Source: Octopus vulgaris | Lineage: Eukaryota | DNA length: 64,000 nucleotides | Assembly (NCBI GenBank): GCA_951406725.2 | Contig: OX597816.1 | Location: 38,812,001 to 38,876,000 of the forward strand | Direction: 5' to 3' | Shown here: piece after piece, positions 25,677-39,679 of the stretch | How positions within the stretch are numbered: position 1 is the stretch's first letter | Layout of the letters: each line of letters begins with the position of its first letter | The notes under the pieces: generated by a model | What the model was told of the DNA's origin: nothing | Databases searched by the model: none | What the model saw: only the letters and a program-made list of their open reading frames with translations | Program-made: the position numbers and the translations under genes

Positions 25677-26414
25677 CAGCATCATCATCATCGTCATCAT
25701 TATTAATAGCAGCAATGTGAAATTATATGTATTTAGAATCACATCTAGGGCTGCAGTCTATATGCATGTGTTAACATGTGTGTGTGTTTGTGTGTGTGTG
25801 TAAGCATAGTGGTAGCAATGGTAGAGGTGGTGGTGTTGGTGGTAGTGGAGGGGTTATATCTAGCTTAAAATTCTTGCCCTTTAAATGTGATGATATTTCA
25901 TTTTTACCCCCACCCTGTGAGAAGTGTGCCACATATTTCCTGGTAACTAAATGACTATGCTAGCATAAGGCTACAAAAAAAAAAACCCAAAAGCATTAAC
26001 AACAATATTAAAATGAATTTAAATTTTTTATTCTTTTTTGAAAATTATTGTGCTCAAATGTAATATGAATTATTGGTACAGGCATGGCTGTGTGGTAGGA
26101 GGTTTACTTCTCAACCACATGGTTTCAGGTTCAGTCCCACAGCTTGGCACCTTGGGCAAGTGTCTACTATAACCCCAGGCCAACCAGAGCTTTGAAAGTG
26201 TATTTGGTAGATAGAAAGTTCTGAGTTCAAATTCCGTCGAGGTTAACTTACCCTTTCATCCTTTCAGGGTTGATTAAATAAGTACCAGTTACGTACTGGG
26301 GTCGATGTAATCAACTTAGTCCCTTTATCTGTCCTTGTTTGTCGCCTCTATGTTTAGCCTCTTGTGGGCATTAAAGAAATAAGATAGAAAGTGAAATAAG
26401 TTTGCCGTATATTG

Positions 26415-26896
26415 CCTCACGGAGGCAATGTGGCCGATGCTAATGTTATGTACCTAGTACCCATGCTGGTGGCACACAAAAAGCACCATTTGAGTGTTGG
26501 GCTTCTTGGAGGTGATGTGGCCAATGCTGGTGTCACATAACTAGCGTCAGTGCCGGTGGCACATAAAAAGCACCTTTCAAATGTTGGGCCTCACACAGGT
26601 AATGACAAATGACCAACACATTTAGCAATATGCTGTACTTGAGTAGAAGACCCATCAAGCCAAGTGAAATTATAGCCACGGCAGATACTGGTGTCATGCA
26701 ACTAGCACCCATGCTGGTGGCACTTAAAAGCATACATTACACTCTCACAGTAGTTGGCATTAGGAAGGGCATCCAACCATAGAAACCATGCTAAATCAGA
26801 CTGGAATCTGGTGCAGCCCCTCAGCTCACCAGCCCTGGTCAAACCGTCCAACCCATACCACCATGGACAATGAACGTCAACTGATGATGATGATGA

Positions 26897-26900
<4 letters not shown>
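26415..26900 (+). mobile_element. Older RTE 3' UTR fragment
   Basis: Diverged GGCAC..AAAAAGCAC modules and 3' block. Confidence 0.7.
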
Positions 26901-26954
<54 letters not shown>

Positions 26955-27159
26955 CTCTCTCTCTCTTTCGGAGAGGCACTGAGCAGCTATACGCACACAT
27001 ACACACACGGCAGTAACTTCCACCTACCGAATTCAATCACAAAGCTCCGGCCGGCTCGGGGCTATAGGTGGAAAACACCTACCCAAAGTGCCACGCAGTG
27101 GGACTGAACCCGAAACCATGTAGCTAGGAAGCAAGCTCCCTAACCACACAGCCATGCCC

Positions 27160-27205
<46 letters not shown>

Positions 27206-27292
27206 AAGGGTGGAAAGGAACACACGAGTTGATATATATGAAAAAACAAGTCAAAAATAGAAAATGCTAAGATAATTTTATAGTGAATCTTT

Positions 27293-27330
27293 CAGTACCG
27301 GTTTCGGTCATTTTGAGACCTTTTCAACTG
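27293..27330 (-). ncRNA. Minimal hammerhead ribozyme motif, U3-A8 core variant (left arm)
   Basis: Exact reverse complement of 28734-28771. Confidence 0.7.
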
Positions 27331-28733
27331 TAACGATTAAATAATTAAATTTTGAAAAATTAGAAGAAAAGTTTTTTTAAAAGAATATTTCTGTAGTAGT
27401 GTTCAGATATAAGTAGCATTCTGCCTTTCTCTGACTCCCTTGTTTGCACTTGTGTGTTCGAGGTCGTTTTGAGTTCTTGGTAGGATAGGTGAAGAATAAG
27501 GAGGCTGATGTGGAGAGGGGGTGGGGAAATCTGGGAATGCCTTAATGGTCGTATTTTGAATGGTCAGTGGCTGACAGTAGTCGCAGTTCAATTCAGGAAT
27601 TGTTTATGGAATTTGCGTAGGCGTTATACTGAAAGACATTAGTGACAAGGTTAAGGGGTGGAAGGTGGAGAAGTAGAAGAAGAAGAAGAAGAAGATGACG
27701 ATGTTGATGATGATGATGATGAAGAAGAAGAAGAAGAAGAAGGAGAAGGAGAAGATGGTGGTGATGATGGTGGTGATGATGATGACGACGACGATGATGA
27801 TAATGATGATGATGAAGAAGAAGAGGAAGAAGAAGAAGAAAAAAACAGAGAAGGGAGAATATGAATGGGTGTAAACGAATGGCCCTGCACAGATCCCAGA
27901 TAAAAATTCCCCAAAACAGAAAAATAGCTTTTAGCCAACACATAGATACTTGCGCCAACAAAAAAACACCAAACTTCAGAATTTTCCCCCTCTACCAATT
28001 TAGGGACGATACAAACTCGAGACAATGAATAAGTAAAGAAAATCTCTTTATTACAAAATACAAGCCACTTCTTAACGGGTCTACGACAAACAATTAATAT
28101 ACCTCAACTTTAGAATAAAAGAAATATATACACACACGAATATTACACTCCATAGAATCCATTACTAATCAGCCCCATCACAGCTATACTTACACCCATT
28201 CATATTCTCCCTTCTCTGTTTTTTTCTTCTTCTTCTTCCTCTTCTTCTTCATCATCATCATTATCATCATCATCGTCGTCATCATCATCACCACCATCAT
28301 CAACACCATCTTCTCCTTCTCCTTCTTCTTCTTCTTCTTCTTCTTCTTCATCATCATCATCATCAACATCGTCATCTTCTTCTTCTTCTACTTCTCCACC
28401 TTCCACCCCTTAACCTTGTCACTAATGTCTTTCAGTATAACGCCTACGCAAATTCCATAAACAATTCCTGAATTGAACTGCGACTACTGTCAGCCACTGA
28501 CCATTCAAAATACGACCATTAAGGCATTCCCAGATTTCCCCACCCCCTCTCCACATCAGCCTCCTTATTCTTCACCTATCCTACCAAGAACTCAAAACGA
28601 CCTCGAACACACAAGTGCAAACAAGGGAGTCAGAGAAAGGCAGAATGCTACTTATATCTGAACACTACTACAGAAATATTCTTTTAAAAAAACTTTTCTT
28701 CTAATTTTTCAAAATTTAATTATTTAATCGTTA

Positions 28734-28771
28734 CAGTTGAAAAGGTCTCAAAATGACCGAAACCGGTACTG
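28734..28771 (+). ncRNA. Minimal hammerhead ribozyme motif, U3-A8 core variant (right arm)
   Basis: cag-TTGAAAA-ggtc-tcaaaat-gacc-GAAAC-cg-GTA-ctg. Confidence 0.7.
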
Positions 28772-28820
28772 AAAGATTCACTATAAAATTATCTTAGCAT
28801 TTTCTATTTTTGACTTGTTT

Positions 28821-28879
<59 letters not shown>

Positions 28880-29082
28880 TATGTTGATGCAAACAGGAAA
28901 AATGAAACTCAAAATATGAGTATATATATATTTTTATAAATATCTAGAAGGAATAATACAGTGGCTCAAGGTCCAAAAAATTCGTGCATTGACACTAGTT
29001 TGATAAGTGAACCTCTCAATGCATGAACCTCTCAGACCTTGAGCCACTCTGTTACTTCTACTAAATATTAATATATATATAT

Positions 29083-29901
29083 ACCCAGGAAAACCTGGGA
29101 CGAGGTGGCGAAGCACGACCTTCGAACTTTAGGCCTCACTGAGGAAATGACCAGAGACCGAGACCTTTGGAAATATTCTGTACGTGAGAAGACCAGGCAG
29201 GACAAGTGAGCCCAGCCCACTTATGAATGCCATTCCTCCCTTGGACACAAAGACCGGTTGAGGCAAGCGAAGTCGATATAGAACCTCATCCGATGACAGA
29301 CACCCATGCCAACCCCCCATGCTTGCGAAGACATGTTGGGGCAAGCGAAATCGAAATCTGGTGGTACGTAAAAGCAAACTCGTGGCCGTGGCACGAATTG
29401 AACCAGCCAGGATCCCTGGCCTGGTGGTACGTGAACCAGCCAAGCACTATCTGACTCGTGGCCGTGGCACGTAAAATACTCCAATGCGACCGTACGACAG
29501 GCACCCATGCCAACCCCTTTGCTTGTGAAGACATGCTGGGGCAAGCGAAATCGAAATCGAATTGAACCAGCCAGGATCCCTGGTCTGGTGGTACGTAAAA
29601 AGCACTATCCGACTCGTGGCCGATGCCAGCACCGCCTCGACTGGCTTCCGTGCCGGTGGCACATAAAATACACCAATCTGACCGTGGCCGTTGCCAGCCC
29701 CGCCTGGCACCTGTGCAGGTGGCACGTAAAAAGCACCCACTACACTCACGGAGTGGTTGGCGTTAGGAAGGGCATCCAGCTGTAGAAACATTGCCAGATT
29801 AGACTGGAGCCTGGTGCTGCCTTCTGGCTTCCCAGAACCCCGGTCGAACCGTCCAACCCATGCTAGCATGGAGAACGGACGTTAAACGACGATGATGATG
29901 A
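29083..29901 (+). mobile_element. RTE LINE ORF end and complete 3' UTR
   Basis: PGKTWDEVAKHDLRTLGLTEEMTRDRDLWKY-like ORF end, then UTR modules and (GAT)n. Confidence 0.9.
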
Positions 29902-30051
29902 TATAGGTGCAGGCATGATTGTGTAATAAGAAGCTTGCTTCCCAACTACATGATTCCAGGTTCCGTCCCATTGCATGGCATCTAGGGTAAGTATCCAGGC
30001 CAACCAAAGTCTTGTGAATGGATTTGGTAGATGGAAACTGAAAGAAGCCTG

Positions 30052-30092
<41 letters not shown>

Positions 30093-30213
30093 TAATGCAA
30101 TACTAGAGTATTGCTTTCCAGTAAAGAATAGCCCGTGAGGGAAAAATACACAAAGTAAATAAATGGCACAACGAAGTAAATATCGGTACTTCGTTGTGCC
30201 ATATATTTACTTC

Positions 30214-30313
<100 letters not shown>

Positions 30314-30494
30314 GATAAATTAATAAATAAAATAAAACATATGCATATATACATACATATATGTACGTACTTACCTCTACATGTATATATACATGCATAT
30401 ATGGGTACAGGACACCCAAAAAACGTCGAACACAATGAGAAACGAAAACATAAACACAAAACCAAGCAACTGGACATTTTTCTTAAACAACGAA

Positions 30495-30527
<33 letters not shown>

Positions 30528-30932
30528 TGCATACATATATATATACATATGTATGTATATGTATATATATATATAAAATATATACATATATATATATATG
30601 TGTGTGTGTGTGTGTATTTGTGTCTGTGTCTGAGTTTGTTCTCTCCACCACCACTTGACAACCAGTTTTGGCGTATGTGTGTGTATATGTTTGTATATCT
30701 GTGTTTGTCCCCCCAGCATCGCTTGACAGCCAATGCTAGTGTGTTTACATCCCTGTAACTTAGCAGTTTGGCAAAAGAGACCAATAGAATAAATACTAGG
30801 CTTACAAAGAACAAGTCCTGGGGTCGATTTGCTTGACTAAAGGCGGTGCTCCAGCATAGCAATAATCAAATGACTGAAACAAATAAAAGAATAAAAGAAA
30901 AAGAATATAATATACATAATATATATATATAT

Positions 30933-31235
30933 CACCGTCACCGACCAGGCTATCAGATGTTGCTACACATCGCTGGTCACAATGTGCTTAGCATTGTTTT
31001 AGCCTTCAAATGACGCCACCCCGCTGGCTAAGTGAGCAAGCCAACAGAAGAAAGAGTTAGAGAAAGTTGTGGCGGAAGAGTACAGCAGGGATCGCCACCA
31101 CCCCATGCCAGAGCCTTGTGGAGTTTTTAGGTGTTTTCGCTCAATAAACACTGACAACGCTCGGTTTGGGAATCGAAACCGCGATCCTATGACTGTGAGT
31201 CCACTGCTCTAACCACTGGGCCATTGCACCTCCAC
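30933..31235 (-). mobile_element. tRNA-derived SINE family D
   Basis: Minus-strand TGGCCCAGTGGTTAGAGC A-box and GTTTCGATTCCC B-box, with a body unlike families A-C. Confidence 0.75.
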
Positions 31236-31247
31236 ATATATATATAT

Positions 31248-32250
<1,003 letters not shown>

Positions 32251-32253
32251 ACG

Positions 32254-32301
<48 letters not shown>

Positions 32302-32367
32302 AAATGAGAAAATGGAGAAATATATCTAAATCATTCATCAACTATCAGATAATACCGAATCATATAC

Positions 32368-32417
<50 letters not shown>

Positions 32418-32582
32418 GGATTCTTTCAGTTTCCATCTATCAAATCCACTCAAATTAATTTCCCAACATTTGTTTAGTAAATTCTTTTTTTACAGCTGAG
32501 ACGCATTTCACCACATCATGCCAGGAATCTCTGCTCCACACTGTTTTAGTGGGTTTTCAGTTTCTTGTGTGTCTGCTAATAT

Positions 32583-32815
32583 ATTTCTTTATTGCCCACA
32601 GAGGTCTAAATATAGAAGGGACAAACAAGGATAGACAAAAGGATTAAGTTGATTACATCGACCCTAGTGCATAACTGGTACTTATTTAATCAACCCTGAA
32701 AGGATGAAAGGCAAAATCGACATCAGCGGAATTTGAACTCAGAACTTAACTGCAGGCAAAATACCGCTAAACATTTTGCTCATCATGCTAACGATTCTGC
32801 CAGCTCGCTGCCCTT
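32583..32815 (-). mobile_element. SINE family B
   Basis: Reverse-complement match to 48744-48970. Confidence 0.8.
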
Positions 32816-33242
32816 GTGTCTCTGTCAGTATCATCAGTGTACTTGAGTTGTTTTCACTTCTTACTGGCAGTGTTTCTACAGCTGGATGCCCTTCCTAACG
32901 CCAACCACTCCGTGAGTGTAGTGGGTGCTTTTTACGTGCCACCTGCACAGGTGCCAGACGGAGCTGGCAAACTTCATTTAGTCATTTACTCCAGGGTATT
33001 ATTGGTATTTATTATAGTTATGGACTGGTCAAGGTTTGTGTCTGACATCATAGATTAAAAGTTAAGCTTTTGAGCAACTGGTTCTTTGATCTGTCTTAAA
33101 TTTTGATTGTAGGTGTTTCTCCTTACATCACTAATACTCTATGAGATCCACAACTAAAGCTCTCATCATTATCAATGTGATCTGCCTCTTCAACATCACT
33201 ATCATTGACATTATCTTAATGTCTGTTTTTTCATACAGATAT

Positions 33243-33669
33243 GCACGTAAAAAGCACCATCCGTTCGTGGCTGTTGCCAGCCTCGCCTGGCCCCTGTGCC
33301 GGTGGCACATAAAAAGCACCACCCGATCGTAGTCGTTGCCAGCCTCGCCTGGCCCCCGTGCCGGTGGCACATAAAAAGCACCACCCGATTGTGGTCGTTG
33401 CCAGCCTCGCCTGGCCCCCATGCCGGTGGCACGTAAAAAGCACCATCCGTCCGTGGCCGTTTGCCAGCTCCGTCTGGCACCTGTGCGGGTGGCACGTAAA
33501 AAGCACCCACTACACTCACGGAGTGGTTGGCGTTAGGAATGGCATCCAGCCATAGAAACACTGCCAGATCAGACTGGGCCGATGCAGCCTTCTGGCTTCA
33601 CAGACCCCAGTTGAACCGTCCAACCCATGCTAGCATGGAAAGCGGACGCTAAATGATGATGATGATGAT
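33243..33669 (+). mobile_element. RTE 3' fragment with five ~62-bp tandem modules
   Basis: GCAC(G/A)TAAAAAGCACC recurs every 62-63 bp. Confidence 0.9.
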
Positions 33670-34129
33670 ATTGGTTTATATAGTCTACCACATCACACTT
33701 TCCCATTCATTGTAATTCTTTATCATTTCATCAATGTGGGTTAGCATCTTGAGATTTGACCACTGTCCTTGTTTCCATATCTTCCTCAGACTTTCTCTTC
33801 TATGAGTGCCTTTTGCTATCACCATGTGGTACTTTTTCAACCAGCATTCATCATTTATTCACATTACATATCCATAGATCTGCACATATTAGTTGATGCT
33901 TTAAATCCAGAGTCACTGCTTCAGTTCAGCTATGGTGTGGTACATCAGTGGATCATAGGTCATTTAATTCCGACCGCTACAAATCCTCTAAATGTACCAC
34001 ATATATATAAAGCATGCTTTAAATGCTCAACCATGGACTCAGCTGAGTATCATACTCAGTTCATGTCATTCCAGCCTCCAGCCTCTGCATGTCCTCTAAA
34101 TGCAATACTCATATTTCACTATCATATAA

Positions 34130-34685
34130 TAACACGCTATCATATGTCACGCTGGTGAGACCCATATTGGAGTACGGGATTCAAGCCTGTTCTCCTTATC
34201 TCCTCAAAGACATACATCATCTCGAAATAGTCCAGAAGCTGGCTACCCGCATGGTTCTTGGTCTCAAGCATTTGTCTTATGAAGAAAAGCTGAAGACGCT
34301 CGACCTTTATTCTCTAGAAAAACGCCGACACCGTGGTGATCTCATTCTTGCTCACAACATCATAAGCGGAAAGTGTAACCTCTCGAAAGAGCTGTTCTTC
34401 ACTCCTGCTCCAGAGCATCAGCTGCGGGGTCACTCCGAAAAGCTCTTTCTTAGACGATTTCATCTCAATCGAAGGAGAAGGGCTTTCTCAGTCTGGGTTG
34501 CGGATCCGAGGAATAAGCTGCTGGACGAGATAGTGAAGATGCCGACGACCACTCGGTTCAAAGTCTCCCTTGACCAGAAATGGCCTGAACTCTTTGCATG
34601 AACACCACCTTGTACATAACTCCATGTCCCCCTACATGGCCTTGCTTTTTGCTTTTTGAGCCAAAAAATTAACTTAACTTAACAA
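34130..34685 (+). mobile_element. CR1-clade LINE 3' end
   Basis: LVRPILEYG...SPYLLKDIHHLEIVQKLATRMV.GLKHLSYEEKL..LDLYSLEKRRHRGDLI. Confidence 0.92.
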
Positions 34686-35249
34686 ACTTTTAACACTGGC
34701 TTCAAACAATTTATATTTCATATGAAGAGAGAAAGAAACCCTTTGTTGCCAAAATAGGTAACAGCTAGTTTAACCTCTCCCCACCCTTTCTAACTCTAGT
34801 TACTATACTTTCACTATATTTAATTCCGGCACTCTTCAGGCCATCATTTCAGTAAACTGTCTGAAAGGTTCATAGATGTTGTTGTTTCCATTAACTACTA
34901 CTGTACATCTATAAGTTCTAAATTCTTACTTTTCTGCCAGTCTGCCACAAATCTCACTTCATGTTTTGTATAACCAATACTCGTACCGAGTTCCTAAAAT
35001 TCTTCCTACATATAATGATCACCTTAGATATCATAGGGATCTTGTTCTCCCTATTTCTAATTAGAACTTTGTCCTTTATCACAATGACTTTCAGGCATCT
35101 AAACTCCTGACAATTTTTCCAGGTTTAGATCTTTTATGGCAGCTAGTTAACAGTGTCTTCAATAAGGTAAGATCTTTGACATATAAATGTTCCCAATGAC
35201 TGTCAATCTTTAACTGCAATGTTATTGTCTCAAGAACTGTAATATGGAC

Positions 35250-35605
35250 AACAGACTCTTTGTGAATACCTTCTCTTTTTAATCACTAGTAAATATATAA
35301 CAACTGATTCCTGGTGAACACTTTCTCTTGTTAATTAGGAGTAGTTGGATGACAACATACTCCGAGTGAACACTTGCTTCTTTTAATCAATAGTGATGAA
35401 TGATAACAGATTTCTGGTGAATATCTACAGCTCTTGTTAAGAGTTTGTAAGTAGACAGACAAGAACAGAATCCTGGTAAACATCTAAACCCTCCTATTAA
35501 GAACTCATAAATGAACAGTAACAAACTGCTGGTGAACATTTGGCTCTCTTGACAATCAGGTGGCCAAAAACAGCCTCCATGTAAACACTTGCCATTCTCT
35601 TGCTA
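35250..35605 (+). repeat. Degenerate tandem array of seven ~49-59-bp units
   Basis: GT(G/A)AA(C/T)A cores at 35262, 35314, 35366, 35417, 35476, 35532 and 35581, each preceded by AACA.. and followed by CTCTT..TAA-like sequence. Confidence 0.75.
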
Positions 35606-38109
35606 ATTCCAACTTTGTTCAGAGTACTCAGTCATCCATCTATAATTAATCAGTTATCCATCTATAATTAAGTTTCTCAGTATATCAGACTACAGAATAA
35701 AGGACTTTGCCAAAGGCCATACCCAGTCCAACAATTACAAAATAAAGTTTATTTCTATATATAAAAACTATTGCAGAAATATAGAATATGTGGTTTCACT
35801 TTTGGGTACGAAAATTCCTAATTGTACTTTAGCTATATTAAACCTATCCTGCATTAATTTTACATAGACTCTGTCATCTTGTATCAAGGCTTGGTCAATC
35901 ACTCTTGAATTCCAGAAATTCTTCTGGTTCAATGCATATCTTTTTGCTATAGTATCATAGTTTTGTTTATGACACAACTTTACTTATTATCGGGGGATTA
36001 TATCTACTTAAGCTAACTTATTTACTAAGCAAGTAATCAATATAGTATCTACATTGGTTGGTGTGTTTACCATATTAATTACTGTCTCGAATGTATTGGT
36101 AGTTTTCCTTGTCTTCTTTTCCAGAATAGTTTGGTTAATCATTCTGAAACGGGCATGTATAGCTGGCTGTTCTGTTAATTCCACTTAGTTTATACTTTCC
36201 TTATTCTATTAATGTTCTCTATTAACCAGTCTTTCATAATGTCAGCAGGTGAACTGGTGTCTTTAATACACTCCTCACCATAGTTCAAATGAACAGACAG
36301 TTATCTTCCAATCTGGAACACTTTTCAACTATCATCTTCACAAGATAGAACATTAGCACACCTTTTACTATTATAAGCCTATTTTGAGCAGTGGATTAGC
36401 AGAATTATTAGAGTGTCAAACAAAAGGCCTTTTGGTATTTCTTCCAACTCTATATTCTGGGTTCAAATCTCACTGAGGCCAACTTTGCTCTTCATCTTTT
36501 TAGAACTGGTAAAGTAATGTACCAGTCAAGAACTGGCACTGATGATATTAACTGGCTCTGCCTCTCTGAACTGCTGGCCTTGTGCTTAAATGTAAATAAT
36601 TATGAGCCTATTTCCAGACAACATAAACCTGACATCTTGCTTTCAACCTAATTTTCTAATAATAACAAATAATGGAGCCTATGCATTATAGATGTCCAAG
36701 TTGTTTGATAAGAGAAAATCACATTTAAAAAAAATTTTTTATGCTCAAAAGCTGCTTCACATACTTCTTGAATTATAAATAAAAAATAGCTTTATTGATT
36801 AATCTCTGCTTGTTGAAGGTTTTTATTGTCAGTCTTTTTTATATATGCATTTCATTTCACTAGTTAAATGTGTTCTGAGGTGAACTGTTGGGAATAATGC
36901 AATATTCTAACTTGACAAATTTGATCACAAAGAAATAAGAGAGAGACTCCCAAGATTAAGTTGTCCCCTAAACAAAAGAGTGGAAAGATTGTTTTTAGGA
37001 GATTATTTACCACTGAAATACATTTCCAAAACTCAGAAAAGAAACTTTAATACTTTGGCTTCAAATACACCTACTTCTGCAGCTCATTAAGGCCTGTTTT
37101 TAATTGAAACAACTTCAGAAACAAAGATGCATAAACAAGATATCCATCATTGACAACTTCAGAAAATGACCCCCAAAATTTGAAGAATGGTTCTAGCTTC
37201 TTTAGCTTTCCAAATCCGTTCTCAATGTCATGGTAATACGTTTTACACCTGTATCTCTGCAGTAAAGTGTTTCAGTGAAAATAACGCTGAAATCCAATAT
37301 TATCTTGGAAGCAGTACAAAGTGGCTTTGAGAGCTGTGGTTGGGTTTCTGTTGTATAGACTCTAGCCTTGCTTGAAATAGCAGTGCAATTTCTTTAAGTT
37401 ACACTATCCTACCTAAAAAGAAAGGAAGGATGCACTGAACAATGTAGTCCTAGATATACAAAACAACAGGATGGTCATGAATGGAAGGCCTTTGATATTA
37501 GGTCAGCTCACTGTGAATTAACATAGAACAAAATAACAACAACAAAACAAAAGTCTAAGGCAGTATGTACTACTGAGCATATCATGCAGTCACAGGACAA
37601 TGAACCCATGGGAAGGTGATGGGTGTTGCTCAAATTCATGCCAAGAGATGAGAAGATTACTATAAGACAGGGGCAGAGCAGGTCCTTGTAGAGGGATTTG
37701 CACTGCTACTCACATCTAGTAGGGAAAAGGGAGAGAGAGAAAGAGAAAATGATCAGAATGAAAATCAGCAATGCCAGATAGTTTCATAACTCTTGGTACC
37801 TTAGGTTTCTTTAATAGAGTCCACTCTGTCGTAAGCATTCAGGACAAGTCTCTAGTTCAAGGATTCTTTACTTCCTTCTACTAGACTGAGAAGTTCCTCC
37901 AAAAGGCCATGGGATCTATCCTCCTTCCTCTGATTAAATCATTGAGAAAAAGGGCATGGATTATTCTTCAACTTCTAATCCAAGTCAAAACAAAAAATAC
38001 ACCAACCAAAAATTACAAACAAAACTGTCCCAAAAAATTATAACTTAATCCTTACATCCCCTCATATGTAAAAAAAAAAAAAAGGGACAAACAAACAAAA
38101 TAATAATAT

Positions 38110-38535
38110 AGGTGAAGGAGTGGCTGTGTGGTAAGTAGCTTGCTTACCAACCACATTGGTTCCCTATTCAGTCCCACTGCGTGGCTCCTTGGGCAGGTGT
38201 CTTCTACTATGGCCTCGGGGTGACCAAAGCCTTGTGAGTGGATTTGGTAGACGGAAACTGAAAGAAGCCCGTCGTATATATATATATATGTATGTGTGTT
38301 TGTGTGTGTGTGTGTGTCTGTGTGTGTCTGTGTTTGTCCCCCCAACATAGCTTGACAACCGATGCTGGTGTGTTTACGTCTCAGTAACTTAGCAGTTCGG
38401 CAAAAGAGACCAATAGAATAAGTAGTAGGCTTACAAAGAATAAGTCCTGGGGTCGATTTGCTCGACTAAAGGCGGTGCTTCAGCATGGCCACAGTCAAAT
38501 GACTGAAACAAGTAAAAGAGTAAAAGAGTAAAAGA
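38110..38535 (+). mobile_element. SINE family A, full length
   Basis: Match to 16278-16690. Confidence 0.9.
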
Positions 38536-39679
38536 GATATTGTCAAACTAAAAAAAACCCTTAACTTATTTGGAAAACAGAATTTTTTAGGAAAAGTGAG
38601 TGTGACGCAGTTCTTTGTCTTTGGAATAAATAATCATTTATCGTTGAACCACAGTCACACTAAGGTACTGTCTTGAAGGATTTTGTCAAACAAACTGACC
38701 CCAGTACTTATTTTTTTAAAGTCAAGAACTTAATATGTCAGTGTCTTTTACTGAGCCACTGAATAATGGGGATGTAAACAAACCAACAACAGCTGCCAAG
38801 TGGTGGGGGGAGGATGAACATAAGCACAAAAATATACACACGCACATGCACACACACACACACACACACACATGAAGGGCTTCTATTCAGTTTCTGTCTA
38901 CTGATTTTACTCACACAGAACTAGCCAGCCCAGGGTTATAATAGAAGACATTTGTCCAAGGTGCCATGCAGTAAGATTGAACCTGAATCCACATTGCAAA
39001 GCTAGCTTGTTAATCACACAGTCATGTCTGCATCTATAATGTTCATGTTTTGATGTTAAATGTCATCAAATTTTCATACATTTGTTATGCAGGGAAGGTC
39101 TTCATTGGTATGAGAACTATATCGTTGTGAGAGGAGCGGCTGGTATTAGTGTTAAAAATGACATTAGATTAGACTAAATTGACGACTGGTTTCATCTACA
39201 TATGGGTGAATGAGCAATGTAGTGGCTGCTAAGTTATTAATAATGAGGGAGTATCCAAGAAAGATGACAGAATATGATCGGGTGAATATGTGATGTAAGC
39301 AAGAAACTGAATGATTAATTAATGAATCAGACCAGTTTGAAAATGGATATATTTGGTTGCCATGAGGGAGAGGGGAAAAATAACTAACATTTCAGATGGC
39401 ACCCTTCGTTGGGGAGTGATGCTCTTCAATAACACCAAAAGATAGAATGGTGGGGTAAGTGTGAGAGACAGTGAGAAAGATGAAAAAAAAAAAAAGAAAA
39501 TATTCAAAATAAAAGAGGTAGGAAAAGAAAAAAATTAGAGAATAGGAGAGGGACATATTGGACAGTGGTCAAAGAAAAGGCATTCCATCAGTGACCAGCC
39601 CATGTTTATGTATATCTAGGCCTATATTTTCCAATGTGTTTTATTCATTTTTTTTTCTAAGATGGACAGTGTAATTTAA

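Larger units (their letters stand above)
27203..28830 (+). mobile_element. Penelope-like element with inverted terminal repeats (~640-bp arms) around a GIY-YIG C-terminal fragment
   Basis: 27232-27874 is the reverse complement of 28190-28830. Position 27873-28097 reads KRMALHRSQI...SQHIDTC...RQ*ISKENLFITKYKPLLN. Flanked by (TA)n. Confidence 0.9.

Noticed and set aside
27593-28406. Acidic D/E-rich ORFs on both strands
   Set aside because: They come from the GAA/GAT microsatellite inside the inverted Penelope arms.
33243-33510. CRISPR-like repeat/spacer appearance of the GGCACGTAAAAAGCACC modules
   Set aside because: The spacers are homologous to each other, the array is part of an RTE 3' UTR, and the context is eukaryotic with no cas genes.
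35768-36300. Minus-strand ORF-like sequence
   Set aside because: It has multiple stops and no recognisable domain. It may be an old LINE remnant, but I cannot support that call.
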